Positions 1 to 7,320 of a DNA stretch of 28,474 nucleotides are shown here, piece after piece. The stretch lies in IMG/VR virus record IMGVR_UViG_3300027806_000128, positions 1 to 28,474 of that record, one strand, 5' to 3'. Made by a program: the position numbers and the translations under genes. The first letter of the stretch is position 1. The number at the start of each line of letters is the position of its first letter. The stretch is from a virus. Taxonomy: Duplodnaviria > Caudoviricetes. The notes under the pieces are model-generated. The model was not told the origin of the DNA, did not search any database, and worked only from the letters and a program-made list of their open reading frames with translations.

Positions 1-15
1 TTAGGAGTCCTTAGC

Positions 16-387
16 ATGTCCATTCTTGCACGCCCACCGAACCGCAGCCGTGTACACAAGATCAATGTGAAGTATGAGCAGACCCTTAGGATTCTTACGG
101 GTCTTAAGCATCTGCTGCGTATTTATGGTCCTTCGGTCCCTATTTGGAATGATTCGCTTCTCCAGATCATTACTGATATTACAATCAAGGGGAGGCGGAG
201 CAAGAAGAACCGGAACAACGCTTTCGTGTACCTTACGTTGTCTGGGATAGTCCTTCCTTGGCGGTTCAACAAGTGCATCCGTGAGGATGGTATGCACATT
301 GTACATCTGAATGAGGCGGCAGATGCGGCGATCGCACTGTTGAAGGCAGACTGGGCAATGGAACTCAAGGAGGCAGGTGTCCAATGA
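16..387 (+). CDS. hypothetical early protein (basic)
   Basis: AGGAG SD at 3-7 before ATG 16; stop overlaps next start (ATGA). Confidence 0.75.
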   Translation: MSILARPPNRSRVHKINVKYEQTLRILTGLKHLLRIYGPSVPIWNDSLLQIITDITIKGRRSKKNRNNAFVYLTLSGIVLPWRFNKCIREDGMHIVHLNEAADAAIALLKADWAMELKEAGVQ

Positions 388-917
388 GTGTACATACATA
401 CTCCACAGGTGCCCATAGGACTACTAACAGGGGCTATAGCTGCCTTGAGGTTATGAAGGCGGGGGCCAAAGCGTTTGCGGCGGCAATCACTAAAGCGTTC
501 CCTAAAGACCGCTCGCTTGTCCTTGTTGCCCCTCCAATGTCCGGTGCAGTCCTTGCGGGTGCCACAAGAATCTTCCTAAAGCACACTGACGTAAAGATCA
601 TTGATCCCACACGGCCTAATAGATACGGATACATCACAAGTGGCTGTGCTGTTATCTGGATTGATGACTGCTTCAATATGTGTACTCAGATCATAAAGTA
701 TCTTGACAAGAAACACTGTGTCCCTGATCTGTGCTGTGTGCTGGCGGCGGATAACTCTAATCCCGATGGGCAGTATGAACTTAATAATGAGGACGCATGG
801 GGAGAAGAGGATTATGTTCTACGCTTTGAGCCCTTCAAGAAGATGGCCGATAAAGGTACCCTTATCTATGTAGCAAATGTACATGAGGATGGTCCTCCTG
901 TACCGTTCTTTGTGTAA
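384..917 (+). CDS. phosphoribosyltransferase (PRTase)-like protein, degenerate PRPP loop
   Basis: LVLVAPPMSGAVLA resembles the PRTase PPi loop; AVIWIDDCFNM resembles hhhhDDhhxTG without TG. AGGAGG SD upstream. Confidence 0.5.
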   Translation: MSVHTYSTGAHRTTNRGYSCLEVMKAGAKAFAAAITKAFPKDRSLVLVAPPMSGAVLAGATRIFLKHTDVKIIDPTRPNRYGYITSGCAVIWIDDCFNMCTQIIKYLDKKHCVPDLCCVLAADNSNPDGQYELNNEDAWGEEDYVLRFEPFKKMADKGTLIYVANVHEDGPPVPFFV

Positions 918-939
918 CCCTTTACTTAGGAACCCCTCA

Positions 940-1638
940 ATGTCTCAAGCATCCCTTACCCTCCCCTCACTTGACCCGAGCAGCCTTACCAGCGGACGCT
1001 CAAGCCCGCACCTTACGGCAGCAGACTCGCCCAAGATTGACGATCTTGCTAAGGCATTAGCAGCGGCGTTCAATAAGCGGCCCTTGAAAACCACACCAAC
1101 GCAGGTCCTTGCAGTCCTTACGGCATCCAAGCGGCGGATCAAGAACCCTAAGAACTGGAGGAAGCGGGCTCTTGCTACGCTTGACATCCCCGGAATCGGT
1201 TTTTCAAAGCTGCCCAATGAGATTTACGACGACTTCGGTTTGTACTTCTTCGAAGGATCAACGGACGGGTTTCTTATGGTTCCTAAGGAACTCGACAAAG
1301 ACCTTTGCATGTGTGCTTATGGTGCTGTAGCCCGAACAGTGTGTGTCGATCGGCGGTCCCTTGCGGCTGGTGAAGCGGCTGTCCTTGTTGCGGGCTTATC
1401 TTCACTCTTCACAAAGCGGCAGCCTTTTAATCAAGGGGACACTGTTCTACTCGATTATCTTGAGGCCCCTTCCTTTGATCTTAAACAACTGCTCTACCGT
1501 GTTGTGTACCACATGAACGACTACGAAGGTACCTCACACAACGATGTGTTGTACATCTACAACCTTGCTATTGCCGCCGTTAAGAAGTACATCAAGAACC
1601 TTAAGGAGACCAGCAATGCCGCACCGTCCGCTCTGTGA
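940..1638 (+). CDS. hypothetical protein, C-terminal half DUF6197-like
   Basis: ATG 940 after AGGA. CAYGAV ... MNDYEGTSHNDVLYIYNLAI resembles the CxxGA...NDxxxxTxxEV pattern of DUF6197 phage proteins. Confidence 0.5.
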   Translation: MSQASLTLPSLDPSSLTSGRSSPHLTAADSPKIDDLAKALAAAFNKRPLKTTPTQVLAVLTASKRRIKNPKNWRKRALATLDIPGIGFSKLPNEIYDDFGLYFFEGSTDGFLMVPKELDKDLCMCAYGAVARTVCVDRRSLAAGEAAVLVAGLSSLFTKRQPFNQGDTVLLDYLEAPSFDLKQLLYRVVYHMNDYEGTSHNDVLYIYNLAIAAVKKYIKNLKETSNAAPSAL

Positions 1639-1864
1639 TATCGCTAGGGAAATCCAGAAAGACTGGTCGAAGGACGGAACCAAGCCTATCTACTTCGGGG
1701 CTGTCCCTTATCTGCAAGCCATGCGTACCATGTCGCACGTTGCGGAGAACTACGGGGCTGATGAGGGTAGGTCCATTGTTATCTACTTCCTTGCGAACGC
1801 TAATACATGGAAGGGCGAGACCGCACGGAGGATCAAGAAGGAACTTAAGGAGATGGTAAAGTGA
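1616..1864 (+). CDS. conserved phage hypothetical protein (helical, 82 aa)
   Basis: AAGGAG SD. RPLxxIAREIxKDW...AxPYLxAM...YFLxNAxTWKGETARRIKKELK is a recurrent phage hypothetical pattern. Confidence 0.8.
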   Translation: MPHRPLCDIAREIQKDWSKDGTKPIYFGAVPYLQAMRTMSHVAENYGADEGRSIVIYFLANANTWKGETARRIKKELKEMVK

Positions 1865-2130
1865 AGCCAAAGAAACTTAGGTTCCTGAAAGCAACCGACG
1901 CTGGGTATGCTGTCCCTGCTAGGTGGGTTGCTGTAAATATGCCCGATGAGTTTAGTGCTACCATCAGGAGAAACGGCCTCTACTATGATGTAGTCATTGA
2001 ACAGAAGGGCAGGAGCAAGGTTACTTGGGTAGGCGGCCGCACCCAAAAAGGTGCGAGAGATTATGCACAGAGGATGTGGGATGACTACGTTCAGAGACAG
2101 TTGAAGGTCTTACTTGGGAGAACAAAGTGA
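1861..2130 (+). CDS. hypothetical protein
   Basis: GTG start near the previous stop, AAGGAG upstream; fills the operon. Confidence 0.65.
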   Translation: MKPKKLRFLKATDAGYAVPARWVAVNMPDEFSATIRRNGLYYDVVIEQKGRSKVTWVGGRTQKGARDYAQRMWDDYVQRQLKVLLGRTK

Positions 2131-2669
2131 GTAACATATTCGTACCGTGGCCCAAGACCCAGCGGTGGTTCGAGAAGAACACCTGCACCATCACTGAAAA
2201 GCTTGATGGTACCAACGCCTGCGTTGCTATCGACGAGGCAGGTAACATCTGGGCACAGTCAAGAAACCGCATCATCACCCCCGAGGATGACAACCACGGA
2301 TTCGCAAAGTGGGTGCAGGATAACAAAGAGGACCTGCTTAGGATGGGACACGGGCATCACTTCGGAGAGTGGGTCGGACCCGGCATTCAGCGTGGGTATT
2401 CTGATAAAGTCAAGCGGTTCTTCCTGTTCAACTCTAAGCGTTGGCTTGATGAAGCGTCCCGTACCCCTACTTGTTGTAGTGTAGTGCCTGTGCTAGCGAC
2501 CCTTGATGGTACCTTAGGGGAGATTGAAGAGGCCGTTCAATATGCCCTGCGTAAGCTTGAGAACGAAGGCAGCGTAGCCTTCCCCAACTTCATGCGTCCT
2601 GAGGGTGTCTGTGTCTACCACCACAGGTTACGGCAGGTGTTCAAGGCTTATTGCAATGGAGAAGGGTGA
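2127..2669 (+). CDS. RNA ligase family protein (Rnl2-like adenylation domain only)
   Basis: Motif I TEKLDGTN, Ia QSRNR, III FGEWVGPGIQ, IIIa FFLFN, IV PEGVCV, V FK. Confidence 0.85.
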   Translation: MSNIFVPWPKTQRWFEKNTCTITEKLDGTNACVAIDEAGNIWAQSRNRIITPEDDNHGFAKWVQDNKEDLLRMGHGHHFGEWVGPGIQRGYSDKVKRFFLFNSKRWLDEASRTPTCCSVVPVLATLDGTLGEIEEAVQYALRKLENEGSVAFPNFMRPEGVCVYHHRLRQVFKAYCNGEG

Positions 2670-2911
2670 TGAATAAAAAGATTGTATTGACTGTTGTGTT
2701 CTGTCTTGCATGGGTGCTTGCGGTCTTCTACTCCCCTTTGTGGTGGAACTGGGCGTTCGAGCCTATTGAGAGGTACTATGTGTCTCGTGGGGATAAGGTA
2801 CCGGAGGTTGTGTATCTCCCCACAGTGTACGCCGTTATGATTATGCTGGTCGTTTGGGGTGTTGCGTGTTTCCGTGCGGTTTATGAGGTGTTTGAAAAGA
2901 GGAGCGAGTGA
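2669..2911 (+). CDS. small membrane protein (2 predicted TM helices)
   Basis: TGATG coupling; two hydrophobic stretches (IVLTVVFCLAWVLAVF; VYAVMIMLVVWGVACF). Confidence 0.7.
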   Translation: MNKKIVLTVVFCLAWVLAVFYSPLWWNWAFEPIERYYVSRGDKVPEVVYLPTVYAVMIMLVVWGVACFRAVYEVFEKRSE

Positions 2912-3009
2912 TGGACCTATCGAGTTTTCAAGCGGGGAGTCTGTTCGTGGTGCTTTGCTTTATCTTAGCAATGATGTACATAGATAGTAACGACAAAGGG
3001 AGCAAGTGA
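2911..3009 (+). CDS. 32-aa single-TM peptide (MDLSSFQAGSLFVVLCFILAMMYIDSNDKGSK)
   Basis: Not in ORF track. GAGGAG SD; TGATG overlaps at both ends. Confidence 0.65.
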   Translation: MDLSSFQAGSLFVVLCFILAMMYIDSNDKGSK

Positions 3010-3461
3010 TGGCAAAGGAACTCACGAACGAAGAACTGGCGTTGTGGTGTGAGGACATGGGCAAGGTGTTTGTCGAGGTTGCCGCAAGGTCAAAGAACCC
3101 CGACAGTACCCAGATGGGCGAGCCTGTACGCAACGCCTTCACAATCGTTGCCGAACGCCTCCGCAAACCCCCCGATTCCTCCCGTGTCCTAGGATCGGCT
3201 GAGGTTACTGCCGACGGGTTTACTGTGATGCCTGGAGCGGTCTTGTTCACTCGTGCCCTGCGGGCCGACAGCCCTCCGAGAAGCATCGCTCAGATTGTAG
3301 TGGTTTCCGTTGGGAACGGGTACGTTTGTGCGGCTGGTGAGTATCCCGCAGACCCCGACCTTCCATACTTACGGCCCAACGACCTTCCATATCTACTAAG
3401 CAACTGCTACGCCACCCGCGAAGCCGCCGTCAACGCCGCTGGCGACTTGGAGGTGAAGTAA
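3009..3461 (+). CDS. hypothetical protein, paralog A (shared N-terminal module)
   Basis: MAKELTNEELALWCEDMGKVFVE...; coupled start and stop. Confidence 0.8.
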   Translation: MAKELTNEELALWCEDMGKVFVEVAARSKNPDSTQMGEPVRNAFTIVAERLRKPPDSSRVLGSAEVTADGFTVMPGAVLFTRALRADSPPRSIAQIVVVSVGNGYVCAAGEYPADPDLPYLRPNDLPYLLSNCYATREAAVNAAGDLEVK

Positions 3462-3630
3462 TGGCAAGTGAACTAACGAACGAAGAACTGGCGTTGTGGT
3501 GTGAGGACATGGGCAAGGTGTTTGTCGAGCTTGCCGCGAAGCACCCCGGCGACAAACGCGGTGAGCTTGTACGCAGCGCCTTCACAATCGTTGCCGAACG
3601 CCTCCGCAATCTCCCCGATTCCTGCCGCGT
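3009..3630 (+). repeat. direct repeat of ~170-180 bp (copies ~3009-3189 and ~3461-3631)
   Basis: Identical 54-bp blocks 3024-3077/3476-3529 and identical 33-bp blocks 3134-3166/3577-3609. Confidence 0.95.
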
Positions 3631-3835
3631 CCGCGAGACGGCGAAGGAGTTGCCAGAAGGGGATTATGGTGTCCGCGTCCTTGTGCTTGATCGACGCTGC
3701 CAGCAGTGGCGAGAGGCCGACGTGGGCTGCCTCCGAGACATGGAGGGCAGGCTTCCCGGCAAGGACTACTATACCCACTGGATGCCCCGGCCCCCGACCT
3801 ACATCGTGGGGCCAGATTCAAGGAGACGGATATGA
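3461..3835 (+). CDS. hypothetical protein, paralog B (shared N-terminal module + DUF551-like C-terminus)
   Basis: Same N-terminus as paralog A. C-terminus ELPE..VRVLV...THWMPRPP matches the DUF551 pattern. GGAGG SD. Confidence 0.8.
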   Translation: MASELTNEELALWCEDMGKVFVELAAKHPGDKRGELVRSAFTIVAERLRNLPDSCRVRETAKELPEGDYGVRVLVLDRRCQQWREADVGCLRDMEGRLPGKDYYTHWMPRPPTYIVGPDSRRRI

Positions 3836-4128
3836 AAGTTTCATCCTATTGGAAAACGCTGACTTCTGGTCTGGTCGGTACGGCGAAGCTCAAAATAACC
3901 ATGCCTGCAACCGGTGAGAAAGTAAGGCTCTCAACGGAGCAGTCCATTCATCGGCTGACGCAAATACAGCAGGAGATCGCCGAACACGAAAGGGAGTATG
4001 ACATGCACAGCGGCCTAGCAACCTACCACTACGGCGAGATGAACAGACTAGGGCGAGAGCGGATTGATATTGTAAAAAGCCTTGGTATTCGCATTCCGAG
4101 GTACGACCCCAAAGATCACGGCTATTGA
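3832..4128 (+). CDS. hypothetical protein
   Basis: AAGGAG SD before ATG 3832 (MKVSSYWK...); helical C-terminal half. Confidence 0.7.
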   Translation: MKVSSYWKTLTSGLVGTAKLKITMPATGEKVRLSTEQSIHRLTQIQQEIAEHEREYDMHSGLATYHYGEMNRLGRERIDIVKSLGIRIPRYDPKDHGY

Positions 4129-4175
4129 CCGCCCCCACTCCTCGGCTCACCTCAAAGCGATTACTAGAGAACTTT

Positions 4176-5078
4176 ATGAGTAAGAGAATCGAACTACTAA
4201 GCAGCAACTTTAAGCTCGCTAAGACCCCCCTAGGTACCTCTAAGAAGTACCTAATCGCGGGCTTGGCCTTGGCCCCCGCATCCAACAGCGGCTACAACGT
4301 ATGCCCTTGGTCAACTCCTAAGTGCCGCCAAGCGTGTGTCTTGTGGTTCGCTGGCCGTACCGTGATGGCTCCGGTGCGTGAGGCGGCACTCCGCCGTACC
4401 CGTATGTTCTTTGAGGAACGCGAAGCATTCCTAACGCAGCTTAAGCATGAGATCAGGCTGCTTGTTAAGCGTGCTGCAAAGGCCGATGCCCAGCCTGTAG
4501 TGCGGTTGAATGTCGGCAGTGATATTAGTTGGGAATCTGTGTGCCCTGAGGTGTTCTCTGAGAATCCCGATGTGGTCTTTTATGATTACACAAAGGGTTA
4601 TAAGCGGGCCTTGGCGAGCCTTATAAACTCTGAGTGGCCGAGTAGGTATTATCTCACCTACTCTATGTCGGAAGCAGAAGGCAGCGATACATATGCGTGG
4701 TACATTCTCCAAGCAGGCGGGCGAGTAGCTGCCGTTGTTGCCCCTGACTTTGAGCGTAAGCGTTACCGCTACTCTCCCATGCGTGGCTGGAAAGACCCAC
4801 TCCCTACTCGGCTTCTATTCTCAATAGAGAAGAACCAATACGAACATAAAGAATGGAGAGCCGTTGACGCTGACGAGCATGACCTTCGACTCCCAGAGAT
4901 GGGCGAGAGCGGTGTGCTGTGCCTCCTTCGGCTCAAGGCTACCGGCAATAGCCAAGAAACGAAAGCCATTACTTCCTCTGGCTTCACTAGGCAGATTAAC
5001 CCAGCAGGTACCCGCCTGCTAACCAATGCTGAGTCCCAACTCTTTACACCCCTTACTTTGAAAGGTTCCAATGTTTGA
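4176..5078 (+). CDS. Gp88-family protein (radical-SAM-like Cys cluster)
   Basis: LAPA..SGYNVCPWSTPKCRQAC, RLNVGSDISWE, FYDYTK, YLTYS and DADEHDLR are characteristic of GP88-type phage proteins. Alternative TTG start at 4125. Confidence 0.8.
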   Translation: MSKRIELLSSNFKLAKTPLGTSKKYLIAGLALAPASNSGYNVCPWSTPKCRQACVLWFAGRTVMAPVREAALRRTRMFFEEREAFLTQLKHEIRLLVKRAAKADAQPVVRLNVGSDISWESVCPEVFSENPDVVFYDYTKGYKRALASLINSEWPSRYYLTYSMSEAEGSDTYAWYILQAGGRVAAVVAPDFERKRYRYSPMRGWKDPLPTRLLFSIEKNQYEHKEWRAVDADEHDLRLPEMGESGVLCLLRLKATGNSQETKAITSSGFTRQINPAGTRLLTNAESQLFTPLTLKGSNV

Positions 5079-5223
5079 GCAGATTAACATGAGCGATCTA
5101 TCCCCGTCCGCACGCCGTGAGGTTGATGAAGCGGAGGCTGCTGATACCTTCGGTGAAGTCGATGAACGACTGGACCGCGAAGCGACCAGCAGGTATCCTA
5201 AAGATTCTGACCGTGGTTATTAA
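5071..5223 (+). CDS. 50-aa acidic peptide (MFEQINMSDLSPSARREVDEAEAADTFGEVDERLDREATSRYPKDSDRGY)
   Basis: Not in ORF track. GAAAGG SD of the same kind as that of the next gene. Confidence 0.65.
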   Translation: MFEQINMSDLSPSARREVDEAEAADTFGEVDERLDREATSRYPKDSDRGY

Positions 5224-5261
5224 GTTGTCTCTTTTCTCTTTCCTCTTTTAGAAAGGTTCTT

Positions 5262-5927
5262 ATGTCGAAGTCTTATACGTCAACAGTTGTATACCCCGAT
5301 GGTCATACTATTACTCAGACCTACCCGGATATTGGTAAGATCGGGGCTTGGAGGAATGAACTTCTTGGAAGTTATTCTATTACTTTCCGGGTTGAGGATT
5401 TTGAAAGTTTTGAATATGATGGGGCAGATGCGACAGTATCTTTTAAGGAGGCGACCTTTGTGTATCGAACACCTAAGCAAATGCCTTATGGGTCTGCCCT
5501 CCAAAAAATCTATGTTTCACAGAACGGCGGAGGTAAATGGGATGCCAACGCTGTTAAAGAAGGGGGGAGCATTGTTGGTATATCCGCAAGTACAGGCCGA
5601 TTGAAGCCGTCAAGCCCCTCAGGTAAGCAGTTCTCCGATCCCGCTGCTGCTTTCTACGCCATTCAAACCGCCATCAAGGACACCATTGAGTACGGCAACG
5701 CAGCCCTTGCGAAGTCTGCGGCGGCCCGTGCGGACGCTAAGTTGCGTGAGGGTATTGCTGAGCAGCGTGAGGCGGCAGCACAAGAGCGGGACTGGTACCA
5801 ACTTAAGGCACCTGAAGTAAAGCCATACATTGTTCCCCGTGGGCGGGACATTCAAGTACAGAACGTAGTCATTACGTGGTCTGCTCTTGAGAACTGGGCT
5901 AACTTTATTGCTAGGAACTCTAAGTAA
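5262..5927 (+). CDS. hypothetical protein (beta-rich N-terminus, coiled-coil C-terminus)
   Basis: 221-aa ORF; GAAAGG SD preceded by a pyrimidine tract. Confidence 0.75.
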   Translation: MSKSYTSTVVYPDGHTITQTYPDIGKIGAWRNELLGSYSITFRVEDFESFEYDGADATVSFKEATFVYRTPKQMPYGSALQKIYVSQNGGGKWDANAVKEGGSIVGISASTGRLKPSSPSGKQFSDPAAAFYAIQTAIKDTIEYGNAALAKSAAARADAKLREGIAEQREAAAQERDWYQLKAPEVKPYIVPRGRDIQVQNVVITWSALENWANFIARNSK

Positions 5928-5931
5928 AACC

Positions 5932-6111
5932 ATGTCTGAACAAGAACCCGAATCGACCACTATCCGCTACACAGTCAACGTCAAGCGGGGCCTTAAGGTC
6001 CTTACCGAAAAACTTGAGGGCTTTGAATGGGAGGCTATGTCTTCTAAAGATATGGCAAATCTGTCTAAAGCCCTCGATTGGATTGCCCAAGAAACCAAAG
6101 GAGTCTCTTAA
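5932..6111 (+). CDS. hypothetical protein
   Basis: ATG 5932 (MSEQEPEST...); TAATG coupling with the next gene. Confidence 0.6.
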   Translation: MSEQEPESTTIRYTVNVKRGLKVLTEKLEGFEWEAMSSKDMANLSKALDWIAQETKGVS

Positions 6112-7121
6112 TGACAACAGCAGCGGGAATCTTCCCCGGTCCCGGTACCCAACAGACCCGCTTCTTTGATGGGATGGTCTTCAGTGGGTACACAAAGCCT
6201 TTGTTCGAGTCTAACTGTGGCCTAGGTATCAGCGACAGTACATCCTTCCGTGGCGGTTCGTCGCTAGTAGAGAAGTCCACGATCCCCGGCGATGGGTGTG
6301 TCAACACAGACCCCGCCTTGGGTCCCGATGGGTTTACTGACACGGCCTGCCACGGCAAGTGGAACTACTTTAATGCTAAGGCATGGGCCTCGGCTGACGT
6401 AGTAACAGGTAAGAAGGCAGACCTTATCGCCCCTGATGTATCCTTTGTGATCGCTGAGGGTAAGAAGTATGCCGTTGATATCAAGTACGATAGCAGCCAA
6501 GACATTATTAACTACTGTGCCGGGCTGAATACCTTGTTGTCATGGCTACGAGAGGGGAACCCAGCGGCTATCATGGCCCCTTACGGTACCTTCATCCCCG
6601 ATTGGAACGTCTACAACCAGTCCAGTGCAAGGGCCTTGCTCGCAGTGCAGGCTGACAATCAGCGTCGCAACGCAGCCTACCGCCAGTGGTTGAAGGAGTA
6701 CACTCCTAACCTCGACGCTGTTACCTTTGACTTGTATATGCACGACGATGCTAGCCGGGTAGATGATCTCTACTTCCGTAGGCATCTTGCAACAACTGTT
6801 AAGTACAACATTGATGAGGCCCGTAAGCTCGGCCTGCCTCTGTGTGTATTCATATCAGTGCAATACTTTGAAGAGGGGGACGTTGTAGATGGCACTCAGT
6901 TTCAACGCCCCGAGGACCTCATGGCTCAGATTGATCTGCTCCGGGTTATGGGTGTAGAATATATCTATCTCCGTGGGGGCCTTACTAAGAACTCGGGCAG
7001 CCCTTCCGCTATCCCGATCACAACTTGGACAGGCTCCTCTAACTTCAAGGCCCTCGTACCGGATAGCCCCGAGATTACCCGAACGATCCTTGGTGGTATC
7101 CGCACTGGTGCCCTGCCCTGA
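6111..7121 (+). CDS. glycoside-hydrolase-like TIM-barrel protein (GH56/hyaluronidase-like pattern)
   Basis: AAGGAG SD. YAVDIK / LREGNP..MAPYG / DAVTFDLY / IDEARKLGLPLCVFI / GVEYIYLRGG follow the strand order of GH56-like barrels. The ORF is secure; the function is tentative. Confidence 0.45.
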   Translation: MTTAAGIFPGPGTQQTRFFDGMVFSGYTKPLFESNCGLGISDSTSFRGGSSLVEKSTIPGDGCVNTDPALGPDGFTDTACHGKWNYFNAKAWASADVVTGKKADLIAPDVSFVIAEGKKYAVDIKYDSSQDIINYCAGLNTLLSWLREGNPAAIMAPYGTFIPDWNVYNQSSARALLAVQADNQRRNAAYRQWLKEYTPNLDAVTFDLYMHDDASRVDDLYFRRHLATTVKYNIDEARKLGLPLCVFISVQYFEEGDVVDGTQFQRPEDLMAQIDLLRVMGVEYIYLRGGLTKNSGSPSAIPITTWTGSSNFKALVPDSPEITRTILGGIRTGALP

Positions 7122-7158
7122 GTAGGGTAATCTACCTAGTACCTTAGGTTGCATGAGT

Positions 7159-7180
7159 AGAATACGGACCATATAGGGAT
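7159..7180 (+). promoter_or_regulatory. candidate phage RNAP promoter (AATACGGACCATATA^GGGA)
   Basis: Resembles T7 TAATACGACTCACTATAGGGA with a 1-nt shorter core. No second clear copy seen. Confidence 0.4.
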
Positions 7181-7181
7181 A

Positions 7182-7285
7182 TAGAAGGGACCCTTAGGGA
7201 ACTCTAAGGGTCCTTAAAGGAATCCTAAAGTAATCTTTAGGGAGTCTTTAAGGACTCTTAAGGAACCTTAAAGATAACCCTTCTA
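7182..7285. repeat. array of CCT(T/A)A(A)GG-like short repeats forming tandem inverted repeats
   Basis: About 8 units of 10-11 bp, reminiscent of T7 CCTAAAG arrays. Four internal palindromes are enclosed by TAGAAGGG/CCCTTCTA. Confidence 0.85.
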
Positions 7286-7320
7286 CTAACCTTATTAAAT
7301 ACCTACTAAAGGATATATGT

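Noticed and set aside
3009-3630. DGR template/variable repeat or CRISPR-like array
   Set aside because: Differences are not adenine-specific and include an indel; there are only two copies, both coding and N-terminal; no reverse transcriptase or cas gene.
7149-7177. Sigma70 promoter TTGCAT-17-TATAGG
   Set aside because: Spacing is right, but the -10 lacks the conserved final T; not supportable without TSS data.
7182-7285. tRNA or CRISPR array
   Set aside because: No T-loop/D-loop consensus or CCA end, and no unique spacers between units.
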